Below, piece by piece: positions 38,271 through 38,271 of a stretch of 38,271 nucleotides of DNA. The stretch covers positions 1 to 38,271 of the forward strand of contig JAOUPL010000001.1 in the NCBI GenBank assembly GCA_029879825.1, given 5' to 3'. The stretch is from Candidatus Bathyarchaeota archaeon. GTDB taxonomy: Archaea > Thermoproteota > Bathyarchaeia > Bathyarchaeales > Bathyarchaeaceae. Each line of letters opens with the position of its first letter. The first letter of the stretch is position 1. A model generated the notes under the pieces. The model made no database searches and was not told the origin of the DNA. It saw only the letters and a list, made by a program, of their open reading frames with translations. The translations under genes and the position numbers were made by a program.

Positions 38271-38271
38271 A

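Larger units (their letters stand above)
31567..38271. mobile_element. Integrated element / island anchored at tRNA-Trp; right end not seen in the window
   Basis: Integrase overlapping the tRNA 3' end, switch from dense housekeeping genes to spaced accessory genes with heterogeneous composition; no second att copy found in the window. Confidence 0.75.

Overview
Archaeal chromosome segment. Gene content and style suggest a TACK lineage such as Bathyarchaeia (inference). Positions 1-31.6 kb are mostly housekeeping: tRNA-Pro, tRNA-Glu, SRP RNA, tmk, dcd, pelota, PolB, dnaG, a trpS-pheS-pheT-tyrS cluster, map, 5S rRNA and tRNA-Trp. From about 31.57 kb an integrated element begins at the tRNA-Trp 3' end. 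It carries a tyrosine integrase, a HEPN-like gene, a schizorhodopsin-like rhodopsin, a SOUL haem-binding protein, a heliorhodopsin and a CPBP-like membrane protein. Main observations: (1) tyrS is interrupted just before its HIGH motif by a 32-nt insertion that folds into a bulge-helix-bulge (BHB). Cutting at the canonical BHB positions restores the frame (YWGFECSG-L-MHIG), so this is a candidate mRNA intron in an essential archaeal gene. (2) tRNA-Trp(CCA) has four BHB introns, one of which looks like a C/D guide for its own C34/C39; tRNA-Glu has three. (3) Alternating purine-pyrimidine tracts (GCGCGC/ATGCAT) flank nearly every accessory gene, like cassette boundaries. (4) PolB has an intact polymerase site but degenerate proofreading motifs. 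(5) A structured, H/ACA-like ncRNA candidate lies between pheT and tyrS. All calls come from reading the sequence by eye; no searches were run.
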